44,323 nucleotides of DNA from Planctomycetota bacterium (lineage in GTDB: Bacteria > Planctomycetota > UBA8108 > UBA1146). The stretch spans positions 1-44,323 of the forward strand of contig JAYZBV010000114.1 of the NCBI GenBank assembly GCA_036338595.1. The letters run 5' to 3'. The notes beneath the pieces were generated by a model. It was not told where the DNA came from. It did not search any database and saw nothing but the letters and a program-made list of their open reading frames with translations. Positions 1-9,020 of this stretch are shown piece by piece (position 1 is the first letter of the stretch; each line of letters starts with the position of its first letter). The position numbers and the translations under genes were made by a program.

Positions 1-8
1 TTTCATGT

Positions 9-85
9 TGGTGGGCGATACAGGACTTGAACCTGTGACCTCTACGGTGTGAACGTAGCGCTCTAGCCAGCTGAGCTAATCGCCC
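9..85 (-). tRNA. tRNA-Val(CAC)
   Basis: Reverse complement GGGCGATTAGCTCAGCTGGCTAGAGCG...CTACG-TTCACAC-CGTAG...GGTTCAAGTCC...TCGCCCACCA; cloverleaf, anticodon CAC, encoded CCA. Confidence 0.95.
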
Positions 86-99
86 CTGAAATTCTAAAT

Positions 100-188
100 T
101 GGTGCCGAAGAGAGGACTCGAACCTCCACCCGGTGTGAACCGGACCAGGACCTGAACCTGGCGCGTCTGCCAGTTCCGCCACTTCGGC
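100..188 (-). tRNA. tRNA-Leu(CAG)
   Basis: Reverse complement GCCGAAGTGGCGGAACTGGCAGACGCG-CCAGG-TTCAGGT-CCTGG, long variable arm, GGTTCGAGTCC, ends CGGCACCA. Confidence 0.95.
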
Positions 189-199
189 ACTCTCCCGAT

Positions 200-228
200 G
201 GAATAGCCCTGTTGGCTTCAGATGTCAA
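200..228 (-). promoter_or_regulatory. Putative sigma70 promoter for the tRNA-Leu/tRNA-Val pair
   Basis: TTGACA (223-228, minus strand), 17-bp spacer, TATTCC (200-205), just upstream of tRNA-Leu. Confidence 0.5.
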
Positions 229-317
229 GTCTACCGTGATGAACTGGTAGCAACCGTGGTACAAAATCGGCTCTGGCACCGCCGTGTGCCGCCCCTGAAC
301 CGAAAGACCAGAGGTCG

Positions 318-767
318 ATGAAGATCATCGCTCAGAACCGCCGAGCCCGGCATCAATTTGAAATTATCGAGACTCTGGAGGCGGGCATCGTCTTGCAGGG
401 ATCGGAGGTGAAGAGTCTCCGCGCCGGCAATTGCGAGATCGTCGACGGCTTCGTTCGCGTCGATGCCGGGGAAGCCTGGATGCTGAAGGTCCATATCGGC
501 GAATACAGTCACGGCGGATATTCAAACCACGAGCCGACCCGGAAACGAAAACTGTTACTTCACGCCAGGGAGGTGAACCAGCTGCGCGTCAAGATGGAGG
601 AGAAGGGGCTGACGGTGGTGCCGTTGAAGATCTACTTCAATCCCAAGGGACGCATCAAGGTCGAGATCGCTGTGGGTCGCGGCAAGAAGACTCACGACAA
701 GCGTCGCGCCAAGAAGGACCAGGAGATGAAACGAGATATCCAGCGCGCGCTTCGCAGAGGCAAATGA
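318..767 (+). CDS. smpB: SsrA-binding protein SmpB
   Basis: NRRARHQFEIIETLEAGIVLQGSEVKSLR, RKRKLLLH and GRGKKTHDKR motifs; 149 aa; tmRNA nearby. Confidence 0.97.
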   Translation: MKIIAQNRRARHQFEIIETLEAGIVLQGSEVKSLRAGNCEIVDGFVRVDAGEAWMLKVHIGEYSHGGYSNHEPTRKRKLLLHAREVNQLRVKMEEKGLTVVPLKIYFNPKGRIKVEIAVGRGKKTHDKRRAKKDQEMKRDIQRALRRGK

Positions 768-785
768 TCGAGACCGCTGGCGCCC

Positions 786-1094
786 TTACTGCGGTAAGGA
801 GGTCGCCCGCTTGCAAAGACTCGCCAGGAAATCCGCCTTCTCGGTGATATCGGAGGAGCCATCCCGTGCCAACTTTTCGACCTCGGAAGCAGCCTGGAAG
901 ATCGGATTGAATCCGTAGATTCCTGCCGCTCCCTTCAACTGGTGAAGCAGATCCGCTGCCGCATCCAGGTCACCCTTTCCGATGCTGGTCATGATTCTTC
1001 CGGTGCGAGAGGGCAACTCGGCGACAAATGCAACCACCAGGTCCTGAAACTCTGGGTCGTTGGCCATGGTGCTGTGGATCGGTGTGTCTGTCAT
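786..1094 (-). CDS. Stand-alone histidine phosphotransfer (Hpt) domain protein
   Basis: 102-aa helical protein with LHQLKGAAGIYGF, the Hpt H-x-LKGxA signature. Confidence 0.85.
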   Translation of the reverse strand: MTDTPIHSTMANDPEFQDLVVAFVAELPSRTGRIMTSIGKGDLDAAADLLHQLKGAAGIYGFNPIFQAASEVEKLARDGSSDITEKADFLASLCKRATSLPQ

Positions 1095-1284
1095 TTATCT
1101 CCAATTTTCGGGGTACCGTCTGTGAGAATGGTAGAGATGATGGACAACCTTGGGAACCGATATCCTTGCTGAAGCGTCATTTTCTACAGTAGGCTGGATC
1201 ATCGGTGGATCTCATCAGGCGCTGGCCTGGGCCAGAATTGCCGAGATCCAGCGATCAATTTCGCTGCAATGGCATGAATGTGAA

Positions 1285-1647
1285 GGGGGCGAAACGGTTT
1301 CGACCGGACGTCGGAACGGAGAGTGGCAGGTGGAGGTTATCCGGAGGCCTCCTAAAACACCGGATAAAAACTTTTTAACTGCGAACAACAACTTCGCATT
1401 GGCTGCCTAGTTTAACTAAGCGCCCCTTCCACTGCGGTCTGTCCGGGATCGTAACTGGAGGGCAAACTTTCCGGACTTGGCCGAAGAAGACCCTGCCGGT
1501 GATCTTCCAGGCGAGATTGAACCGGCGCTCACGGCTCGGATCCTGTCCGTTGGAGCCGTTCGTGAGGCAATAAATAACGGACTATGCCTGTAGAGACTCT
1601 TCTGGAAGCGTTTCGGGACCCGGGTTCGACTCCCGGCGCCTCCACTT
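1285..1647 (+). ncRNA. ssrA: tmRNA (SsrA), tag peptide (A)ANNNFALAA
   Basis: 5' GGGGGCGAAACGGTTTCGAC; tag reading frame 1381-1410 GCGAACAACAACTTCGCATTGGCTGCCTAG; 3' T-arm CCGGGTTCGACTCCCGG and acceptor strand CGCCTCCA with G3:U pair. Confidence 0.96.
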
Positions 1648-1720
1648 TCATGCCATCGACGATCGCTCCATCGCTCACCGCCGGGGTGCTGCCTCGCAGC
1701 GGCAGCCCTCACTGGATCCG

Positions 1721-2710
1721 TTGCAGTGCTGCAAGAGGAGTTCTGCCTTGGCTCGACGTGCCAACGCCCCGGACGGGGGAATCATCGTGTGGAAGCCGCG
1801 CGGGCCCTCCTCGCGGGCGCTTCTCGATCAGGTGCAGCAGCGGCTCCAGTGGCGCGGGCTCGGCCACTGCGGCACCCTCGACCCGCTCGCCAGCGGAGTG
1901 ATGGTGCTGATCGGGGGTGCCGCTCGGCGATTCCAGCAGTTACTGACCGGTCACGACAAGCGCTATCTGGCCACCGTCTGGCTCGGCGTCGCCAGTGGTA
2001 GCGACGATGCCGAGGGACCGCTCTCTTGTCCCGTTCCGGCACCTCGATGGCCGACCACCGATCAAATTGTTCATCAACTCGAGAAGATGACAGGTCAGAT
2101 CGAACAGGTGCCGCCGGCCCATAGCGCCGTTCGAATCGCCGGTCGCCGCTCCTACCAGCGAGCTCGAGCCGGCGACACCACGGCGCCGCCAGCGCGAACG
2201 GTGACGGTGCACTCGATGCAACTCATCGAGCACGATCAGCAGCGGCTCCGTCTCGAAATCGCCTGTGGCTCCGGGACCTATATCCGCAGCATCGCCAGAG
2301 ATTTGGGGCAGAAACTGGGTTGCCAGGCCTCCCTGATGGCGCTACGCCGCAGCGCCAGTGGCGCACACGACGCATCGATGGCGGTGCTTCCCGATCGCGT
2401 CGTCGCCTCCGACTGGCTCTCTCTCGAGCAGTTGCTGATCGCCCAGCCTCGTATCGAGGTGAGCCGCGAACAGGCGCTTCGGCTCGCTCAGGGGCAGAGG
2501 TTGCCCGTCGATGAGGTCACAGGATGCGACATCCTGGCAGATGATCTGGTAGCGGAAGGTGGTGCCGAAGGGCCTCTGGTGGTGTGGAGTGAGGATCGGG
2601 TCCGTGGCCTGGTTCGCATCAGTGATGGAGTGCTGCGGCCCCGTCGGTGGCTCGCATCCAGCGACAACGACACTTCCGATCAGAGGCGCATCGACGCCAC
2701 TTCTGCCTGA
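1721..2710 (+). CDS. truB: tRNA pseudouridine(55) synthase TruB (start uncertain)
   Basis: GHCGTLDPLASGV catalytic motif, KRYLA, QVPPAHSAVRIAGRRSY, CGSGTYIRSIARDLG. Confidence 0.93.
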   Translation: MQCCKRSSALARRANAPDGGIIVWKPRGPSSRALLDQVQQRLQWRGLGHCGTLDPLASGVMVLIGGAARRFQQLLTGHDKRYLATVWLGVASGSDDAEGPLSCPVPAPRWPTTDQIVHQLEKMTGQIEQVPPAHSAVRIAGRRSYQRARAGDTTAPPARTVTVHSMQLIEHDQQRLRLEIACGSGTYIRSIARDLGQKLGCQASLMALRRSASGAHDASMAVLPDRVVASDWLSLEQLLIAQPRIEVSREQALRLAQGQRLPVDEVTGCDILADDLVAEGGAEGPLVVWSEDRVRGLVRISDGVLRPRRWLASSDNDTSDQRRIDATSA

Positions 2711-2721
2711 CGAACTGCCGG

Positions 2722-3729
2722 TCAGGGGCGCTCCAACTTGACGGCGTCGATGGTGATCTTCTTCGGATGCGAGGGGGGTACCGTCATCAGGTAGAGCGAC
2801 AGCAGGTCAGACCAGGCCACCGACGCATTCATCGACAGTTCTCTCTTCAGGTCGATACGGAAGTGATTCCAGCCCGGTTTTTTGAGCGTGAAATGGTGGT
2901 AGTAGCAGTCTCTTTGCAGAAGACCCGCTATTCCACCCGCCCCTGCCCACGCCCGATTGGGGCCGATCTCGTCCATGCCGAAGAACAGTGTGAACTTGCC
3001 GAAGTTGTCATCCTCATTGAAGATGGAGAATCGGATCCAGCGATAATCGTCCATCACCAGTTCACCGATGGAAGCCAGCGGAAGGCGACCAAAACTGAGT
3101 CCGGCAAAACCCTGTCCTCCGCCTGAGCGCCATTCGAGCGCGCCCTTGCCCTCGGTGATGCGGTCGGGATCCTTGGTCAGCCGGCTACGATCCGCCGGCA
3201 GAGCCTTGCGTGCGGCAGCCTCGACCTCGACCGGCTCCGCCTCGAAGCAGGCCAGGTCGAGGAACAGATGCGGATAGACTTCTTCCTTTAACTGCTCGAT
3301 CGGGCTCACCAGCGGGGTCGCGGCGTACTTGCCATGGAGACTCAGGGCTGCGATCCACGCCTTGCGGTATTTCTTGCGCGCGAGATCTTCGACTGCGCGG
3401 TCGAGTGCCTTGCCGCCCTTACACGCTTTCTCCCAGGAGGACACCATCGATCGAGAGTCCTTGTCGGCAGTGCCCTTTCGTGCGGTTGCAAAGGATCGAG
3501 TCGCTTCTCGCCATTGGCGCTTTTCAAACAGTTCGAGCCCCTTCTCGAACTGCTGCTTCGCCTCGTCAGTCTCGAAACTGGGTTGTGGCGATTCCTCCTC
3601 GGCGGGACTCTGTGCGGGATCTGCATCCTGAAAGGAAGGCCCCGAGGTGGCAGGCTGGACCAGGACCATCGACAGCATCAGGGCGAGGAGGCACCGAAAC
3701 GTCGGTGAGAGTGAAGATAGTGGCACCAT
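2722..3729 (-). CDS. Secreted hypothetical protein: TPR-like helical N-terminal part, possible beta-sandwich (CBM-like) C-terminal domain
   Basis: ATG at 3729 with AGGAG RBS; signal peptide (LLALMLSMVLVQPATS); helical AKQQFEKGLELFEKRQWREA; C-terminal ITEGKGALEW...GWNHFRIDL...ITIDAVKL pattern. Confidence 0.6.
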   Translation of the reverse strand: MVPLSSLSPTFRCLLALMLSMVLVQPATSGPSFQDADPAQSPAEEESPQPSFETDEAKQQFEKGLELFEKRQWREATRSFATARKGTADKDSRSMVSSWEKACKGGKALDRAVEDLARKKYRKAWIAALSLHGKYAATPLVSPIEQLKEEVYPHLFLDLACFEAEPVEVEAAARKALPADRSRLTKDPDRITEGKGALEWRSGGGQGFAGLSFGRLPLASIGELVMDDYRWIRFSIFNEDDNFGKFTLFFGMDEIGPNRAWAGAGGIAGLLQRDCYYHHFTLKKPGWNHFRIDLKRELSMNASVAWSDLLSLYLMTVPPSHPKKITIDAVKLERP

Positions 3730-3888
3730 GGCAACTCCTGTCGACATCCGCAGTGGCGGATCACTGCGGATGAGATGTTCAGTGTCGTTGGCCAGTTCGC
3801 ACCGTGATGGAGTCCATCGCGGCGTTGCGCAGAGGTTCGACCTGCCTCGATTCTTTCGGTATTCTAGTCGCACAGAAGGGAGCGTCCA

Positions 3889-5502
3889 GTGACACCCGAT
3901 TCGGTTCGCCCTGATCCCTGCATCATCCTTCTCATCCTGTCCGTGTCGGGTCTGCTGGCCGGGTGCGTGGATCAGCAGCCACCTTCTGGGGATACTCAGC
4001 CGGTCGCATCCCGATCTGCGAATCCCATCGAGGCTGAAGACATCGAGGGGCTCAAACGCGAGGATCTCCCCGCAGTCACCGCCCAGATGCGGGAAGACGC
4101 GACTTCACGGGTGATGGGGGCGTGCAGCCGTTGCCACGCACCCTTGCCTGCAGACACCTTGCCGCGTGCTGCCTGGGAGAAGGTGGTGCTCTCGATGGCA
4201 GATATGGTGGGCGATTGGGGACAACCGGCGGCCACCGAAGAGGAACTCGCCATCGCCTTGTACTGGTACGAGCAGCAAGCACCGCTGAAACTGGATTACA
4301 GCCGCCACCTGCCGGAGCAACAACTTCAGTTCGAGACCATCTCCCTGACTCCGAGAGGACTCGAATCGGAGCGCATTCCTGCGGTCTCCGATCTGATCCG
4401 ATGGGAAAGAGCCGATGGCCAGGGACGAGCGATTCTCGTCTCCGAGTTGAGAAGTCGTCGCTTGATGGTGCTTCCTCATGGCGATCTGAAGTCGACCCGG
4501 CTGATGCCATTTCTTCCAGGTGTCGATTTTCGATATCCGGCAGCGCTGAGTTCATGCGAGATCGATGGAAGCGGAGATCCTGAAGTCCTGGTCGCCTCGA
4601 TCGGAGGAATGAACCCGGGGAACGAGGTCAGAGGTGGTGCCTGGCTGGCGACATCCGACAAGGGGCGCTGGAGTGCCCGTCCTGTCGGAGAGAAGCTGGC
4701 GCGAGTCTGCGATCTGAAAGGGAGTGACCTGGACGGCGATGGAGATGTCGATCTGGTCGCCTGCGCCTTCGGATTTCGCGGTCCCGGTCGGCTGGTGCTG
4801 CTGCGAGCTGAAGGGGAGACCTTCGAAACCACCGAACTCGACGCGCGGGACGGATTCGTCGCCGTCGTCATCGAGGATGTGGATGGCGATGGAGACGATG
4901 ACCTGATTGCACTGCTCTCGCAGCAACATGAGGTCTTGATGCAGTTCACCAACGATGGATCCGGAAATTTCTCGCCCGAGGTATTGATGAACTGGCCCCA
5001 TGCGGCGTGGGGTTCTTCCGGGCTGGAGGCGGTGGACCTCGATGGAGATGGCGACCGGGATCTGGTCGTGGTCAATGGCGATACCCTCGATGACAACACC
5101 CCGAAACCGATTCACGGTGTTCGTTGGCTCGAACGGGTCGGAGATTCGTTTCCCACTCTTCATGAGATCCTGCTCCTTCCCGGCTGCGAACGGGCTGCGG
5201 TGGGCGACCTGGATGGCGATGGCGATCTGGATGTGGTCGGCGCGGCCTTCATGCCACAGGTGGATCCTGCGACGTGGAAGCAGTGGGATTCGCTGGTGTG
5301 GGCGCAAAATCTCGGGGGCGCGAAGGAGTGGCAGGTGCGTACACTCGAGGTGGGAAATCCAGTCCACTCTGCGGTGCTGCTCGATGATGTCGATGAAGAT
5401 GGCGTCGTGGATATCATCCTGGGTAACTACGTGTGGCTGCGATCAGACGGAACTCCGACACGAAGGAGCGATTACCTGACGGTGCTGCGGGGGATTCGCT
5501 GA
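3889..5502 (+). CDS. Lipoprotein with mono-heme cytochrome c domain and FG-GAP/VCBS repeat beta-propeller
   Basis: Lipobox LLAGC, CSRCH heme motif, repeated DLDGDGDxD Ca-binding motifs. Confidence 0.85.
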   Translation: MTPDSVRPDPCIILLILSVSGLLAGCVDQQPPSGDTQPVASRSANPIEAEDIEGLKREDLPAVTAQMREDATSRVMGACSRCHAPLPADTLPRAAWEKVVLSMADMVGDWGQPAATEEELAIALYWYEQQAPLKLDYSRHLPEQQLQFETISLTPRGLESERIPAVSDLIRWERADGQGRAILVSELRSRRLMVLPHGDLKSTRLMPFLPGVDFRYPAALSSCEIDGSGDPEVLVASIGGMNPGNEVRGGAWLATSDKGRWSARPVGEKLARVCDLKGSDLDGDGDVDLVACAFGFRGPGRLVLLRAEGETFETTELDARDGFVAVVIEDVDGDGDDDLIALLSQQHEVLMQFTNDGSGNFSPEVLMNWPHAAWGSSGLEAVDLDGDGDRDLVVVNGDTLDDNTPKPIHGVRWLERVGDSFPTLHEILLLPGCERAAVGDLDGDGDLDVVGAAFMPQVDPATWKQWDSLVWAQNLGGAKEWQVRTLEVGNPVHSAVLLDDVDEDGVVDIILGNYVWLRSDGTPTRRSDYLTVLRGIR

Positions 5503-5521
5503 TGGCAACTCACCGCAGGGA

Positions 5522-7537
5522 TCAACCGACGACACCCTGCTCTTCCGGGCGATCCGGGTCCGGATCATCCAGCGGCTCCGGTTGCTGTGGCATCGTATCC
5601 GGTGGCGCTGGCACATCTTCGAGTTGCTTTCGCACCTCTTCGGTCAACTGCTCGTAGAGTTCCCGGGTGCCGGCTTCGAGCATTTGAGGATTCACCATTC
5701 GCAGCAACCGTTGCGCGTTTTTCGGCGACCTCAGCTTGTTCTGAATCCTGGCCTCCAGGAATGGAGGCATGGCACGCGCAGGTTCGAGTCTGCGGGCGCG
5801 TTGATAGGCATCTTGTGCCGGGTGCAGTTCGCCACCGCTTTCGAGAATCTGTCCCAGGTTGATCCATGCCCCGACATATTCCGGATCGCGCTCGACCGCT
5901 TCACGGAAACAGCGCAGCGCCTCTGGAGGATCGAGGGAGACCAGCAGTGCGCCGAGGCTATTCCAGGATGGGGAGTGATCGGGGGCGGTGGTGGTGGCGC
6001 TGCGGAATCGCTCCAGAGCCAGCGGTATGTTTCCCGCCTCCTGGGCCAGATGAGCGAGGTTGTGAAGTGCTCTCACATCGCCTGGATCCTGATCGAGACT
6101 GCGCTGGTACCACTGCGCCGCCAGATCGGGCTCACCACGCTGCTCGTGGACATAGCCGATGGCCACGGGGTCGATGCAGTAGCCATCCATCAGACTGCGA
6201 GCGGGCACCGGAATCGCATGGACCCCGATCAGCAGTGGCACGATCACCAGCAGCGTCCGCCAGCGCAGCCCCAGTGTCACCAATCCTCGCCCTGCGACGA
6301 CGCAGCCGAGTGCGAGAATCGCAACCCGGAAGCGGCCCGCGACGAAAAAGGACCAGGTGGTCAGTGCCAGTAGCAGCAGTGACACCCGCAACGGTAGGTC
6401 ATCATCGCGAAGACCTCGCGTGCCGATCAGCAGTCCTGCCAGCATCAGGGCCATCAGCGGTCCACTCGCACCCGGCAACCAGGAGAGCAGCCAGTGGACG
6501 CGGTTGCGTTGCGTCTCCTCGATCAGGTTCTTGTTGTTGGGAACATCACGCGCCGAGACCAGTGCCGCGGCCTTTCTTCCCATCTTTTGCAGCCATCTAC
6601 CGGGTTCCGCGAGGATCTCCTGTAGCGCCAGACTGTAATAGCGACGGCTGCGTTCAGAAGGCAGCCGCAGATCGTCTGACTTTTCCAGCAATTGATCCCA
6701 GCGAGGCCCTGTCGCCACCGATGTCAATCCATCCGAACCGATCCCATCACCGGTCCGGTTGCCGATGTAGAAGTTGATGCCGCCATTGGAACTGATCAGC
6801 ACTGCATCGTGACCCAGCTTCAGGTTGACCGCGAAGATCGGCAACATCGCCATGGCGCAGGTTGCCGCAACGACCCCCGCCCGCATCCACCGAAGATTCC
6901 AGGTGCCCTGCTGGAAGCCGGCGACCAGTACCAGCCCCGCGGCCACCGGCAGACCCGTCGCGCGTGTGATGGAGGCGAGCCCGATCGCCATGCCGACCGG
7001 TATCCAGGGCGTCACCCGGCGGTCGGCGAAGGCGCTGCAGGCGAGGAATACAGAGAGCAGCATCAAGAAGGTGAACAGGGTCGTATCGAGGAACTGGCTG
7101 CAAAAATAGACCGGCATCGCAGCGATCGAATAGAGCAAGCCAGATAGCAGTGCCGCCACTCTGCCCGCAGTCGCAGCGGCGATCTTGACGATCATCCAGG
7201 CCGAGCAGGCATCGAGGATGCACTGCAGGATCTTCACCGCCCAGGCGTAGGATGTGGGGACGCCGTGGCCAGTGGTTCCGATGTCTCCCCAGGGTGAGGC
7301 GATCAGTGCCAGCAGAGCCGGATATCCAGGGGGCTTCCAGTACGGCGCTCCATGCCCCGGTCCATCCGAAAGAAATCCTCGCGCCTGATCCACATTGGTC
7401 TGTTCATCGACGATGGGGAAAGCGAAGGCGGGATCGACGTGGCTCGATTCGGCCACTGACCACAGGCGGATCCCCAGTGCCAGCAAGAACACCATCCAGT
7501 GGCTTCGCTTCGCTGTGATCCAGGGTGTGGACTTCAT
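5522..7537 (-). CDS. GT-C (PMT/ArnT, GT39-like) membrane glycosyltransferase with C-terminal TPR repeats
   Basis: Likely start MKSTPW (7537); DE motif (IVDEQTN), PPGYP, many TM helices, NGGINFYIGN, TPR repeats (ALHNLAHL, SWNSLGAL, AWINLGQI). Confidence 0.8.
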   Translation of the reverse strand: MKSTPWITAKRSHWMVFLLALGIRLWSVAESSHVDPAFAFPIVDEQTNVDQARGFLSDGPGHGAPYWKPPGYPALLALIASPWGDIGTTGHGVPTSYAWAVKILQCILDACSAWMIVKIAAATAGRVAALLSGLLYSIAAMPVYFCSQFLDTTLFTFLMLLSVFLACSAFADRRVTPWIPVGMAIGLASITRATGLPVAAGLVLVAGFQQGTWNLRWMRAGVVAATCAMAMLPIFAVNLKLGHDAVLISSNGGINFYIGNRTGDGIGSDGLTSVATGPRWDQLLEKSDDLRLPSERSRRYYSLALQEILAEPGRWLQKMGRKAAALVSARDVPNNKNLIEETQRNRVHWLLSWLPGASGPLMALMLAGLLIGTRGLRDDDLPLRVSLLLLALTTWSFFVAGRFRVAILALGCVVAGRGLVTLGLRWRTLLVIVPLLIGVHAIPVPARSLMDGYCIDPVAIGYVHEQRGEPDLAAQWYQRSLDQDPGDVRALHNLAHLAQEAGNIPLALERFRSATTTAPDHSPSWNSLGALLVSLDPPEALRCFREAVERDPEYVGAWINLGQILESGGELHPAQDAYQRARRLEPARAMPPFLEARIQNKLRSPKNAQRLLRMVNPQMLEAGTRELYEQLTEEVRKQLEDVPAPPDTMPQQPEPLDDPDPDRPEEQGVVG

Positions 7538-7556
7538 CGGGTCCAGTTCCTCCGAC

Positions 7557-7988
7557 TTACTGCAGGCCCTCCAGGAATTCGAGCCGGCCCTCGATACCTG
7601 TGACGATCTGGAATGATCTGGCGGGGCTGAAATGGCCCAGCTTCTCCGGTCCGTTGCGGGTAAATCGGTAGGTGGCCCCTGCCGCATCATAACTGCCGAC
7701 GATTTGAAAACTGGAATCGTAGATGTTGAAGAGGGAGGTGGTCACCGATGAGCCGCCCCTCACCAGGGTGGCTTCGCGTTGGCCGACGAACCCGACCAGT
7801 TCGCCGCCAACCAGCACTCTCGTGTACATTTCGCGACTGACGTCGGTGTCACCTTGTTGGGAGTTAGCCCGGGTATCGGTACTGGCGGTGGGAGTCCCAC
7901 AGCCACAGATGATCAGCAAAATCATCAGCAAGCAAATTCGAGGAAAGGCGGTATCAAGGTACTTGCTGGAGAAGCTCATTCTTCTCAT
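7557..7988 (-). CDS. Small hypothetical lipoprotein
   Basis: Hydrophobic leader ending IICGC; codirectional with and 20 bp upstream of the glycosyltransferase. Confidence 0.65.
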   Translation of the reverse strand: MRRMSFSSKYLDTAFPRICLLMILLIICGCGTPTASTDTRANSQQGDTDVSREMYTRVLVGGELVGFVGQREATLVRGGSSVTTSLFNIYDSSFQIVGSYDAAGATYRFTRNGPEKLGHFSPARSFQIVTGIEGRLEFLEGLQ

Positions 7989-8056
7989 CCTTTCGCAGGG
8001 GGAGGGATCCCGATGGGGGGTCCCGGATCCGAGCCTATCCGAAGAAAGGCAATTCG

Positions 8057-8641
8057 ATGCTGGAAAGCCTATCGGAGCACTCCGGTCTCTTCTACTACCT
8101 CTTGCAATGCATCATGGCCATCATCGGTCTGGTCGTCGTCTCCATCGGGTTGCCAGGCCAGTTTCTCCCGGGGGTGGTGGCGCTGGCGATCTGGTTGCTC
8201 GGCTGGAGAGGTGAGTCGGAAGAGATGCAAGATCTCGGCCTCGAGGTCGGAATCTTGCTCGGTGCCGCAGTCACAGCGGAAGTGATCGAGTTCCTGTCGG
8301 GGTGGATCGGCGGCAAAACGGTCGGTGCCAGTCGCCAGGGATCGATCGGTGCCGTCATCGGAGGCCTGGTCGGCGGCATCTCAGGAAACCTGATCGTGCC
8401 TCTGCTGGGGGGGCTGATCGGAGTCCTCGTCGGCACCTTCGTAGGTGCTTATCTGGGTGAAAAGCGATGGTTGGAGCAGCAGGTACGGGCGCAAAACAGC
8501 GTCGATGCCAGCGGTGAGCAACCTGTGGTCGTCGGGCTGGCATCGCTGGTGGGGCGTGCGCTGGGTCTGATAGCCAAGATCTCGGTGATCCTGATGATCG
8601 GGCTCTATTTCTTCGTTCAGTGCGTCTTGTTGCTGTGGTGA
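8057..8641 (+). CDS. DUF456-like membrane protein
   Basis: GLPG motif, GAS..G..GA..GG..G.....PLLG.LIG...G.F.GAYLGE glycine-zipper pattern. Confidence 0.8.
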   Translation: MLESLSEHSGLFYYLLQCIMAIIGLVVVSIGLPGQFLPGVVALAIWLLGWRGESEEMQDLGLEVGILLGAAVTAEVIEFLSGWIGGKTVGASRQGSIGAVIGGLVGGISGNLIVPLLGGLIGVLVGTFVGAYLGEKRWLEQQVRAQNSVDASGEQPVVVGLASLVGRALGLIAKISVILMIGLYFFVQCVLLLW

Positions 8642-8687
8642 CTCGCTGCTGCTGCCGATCTCTGCCAGCGGGCTGCTCCCGCCTCGC

Positions 8688-8715
8688 TTGACAGATCTGG
8701 CGGGGGGGATATATT
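8688..8715 (+). promoter_or_regulatory. Sigma70-type promoter upstream of tRNA-Asp
   Basis: TTGACA (8688-8693), 16-bp spacer, TATATT (8710-8715). Confidence 0.7.
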
Positions 8716-8831
8716 TCATCCTCTGGCCACTTCAGGAAGCGGCGGTGAACGGCATTGCCGTGCCGGGCTTCACCGAAGGTGGCCAGCGGGGGTGATCCCT
8801 GCGGGGATCACTGTTCTGGTTCGCGACTGCT

Positions 8832-8908
8832 GGGGAAGTAGCTCAATTGGTTAGAGTCCCGGCCTGTCGAGCCGGTGGTTGCGGGTTCGAGTCCCGTCTT
8901 CCTCGCCA
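8832..8908 (+). tRNA. tRNA-Asp(GTC)
   Basis: GGGGAAGTAGCTCAATTGGTTAGAG...CCGGC-CTGTCGA-GCCGG...GGTTCGAGTCCC...CTTCCTC-G-CCA; discriminator G. Confidence 0.93.
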
Positions 8909-9020
8909 GTCGCGAACCGTCCCCCCGACCCTCTCACCTCTCTCGCTGCTCACTTGCACCATGCGGGCCTGCCGACGATGCTCGTGGCAGCGCTGCACCA
9001 TGTAAGAAGGGGAGATCCAG

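Noticed and set aside
1150..1410. 86-aa ORF ending in ANNNFALAA
   Set aside because: This is the tmRNA tag frame extended upstream, not a protein gene.
4720..5420. Recurrent GACCTGGATGGCGATGG-like nucleotide repeats
   Set aside because: Explained by the FG-GAP DxDGDGD protein repeats.
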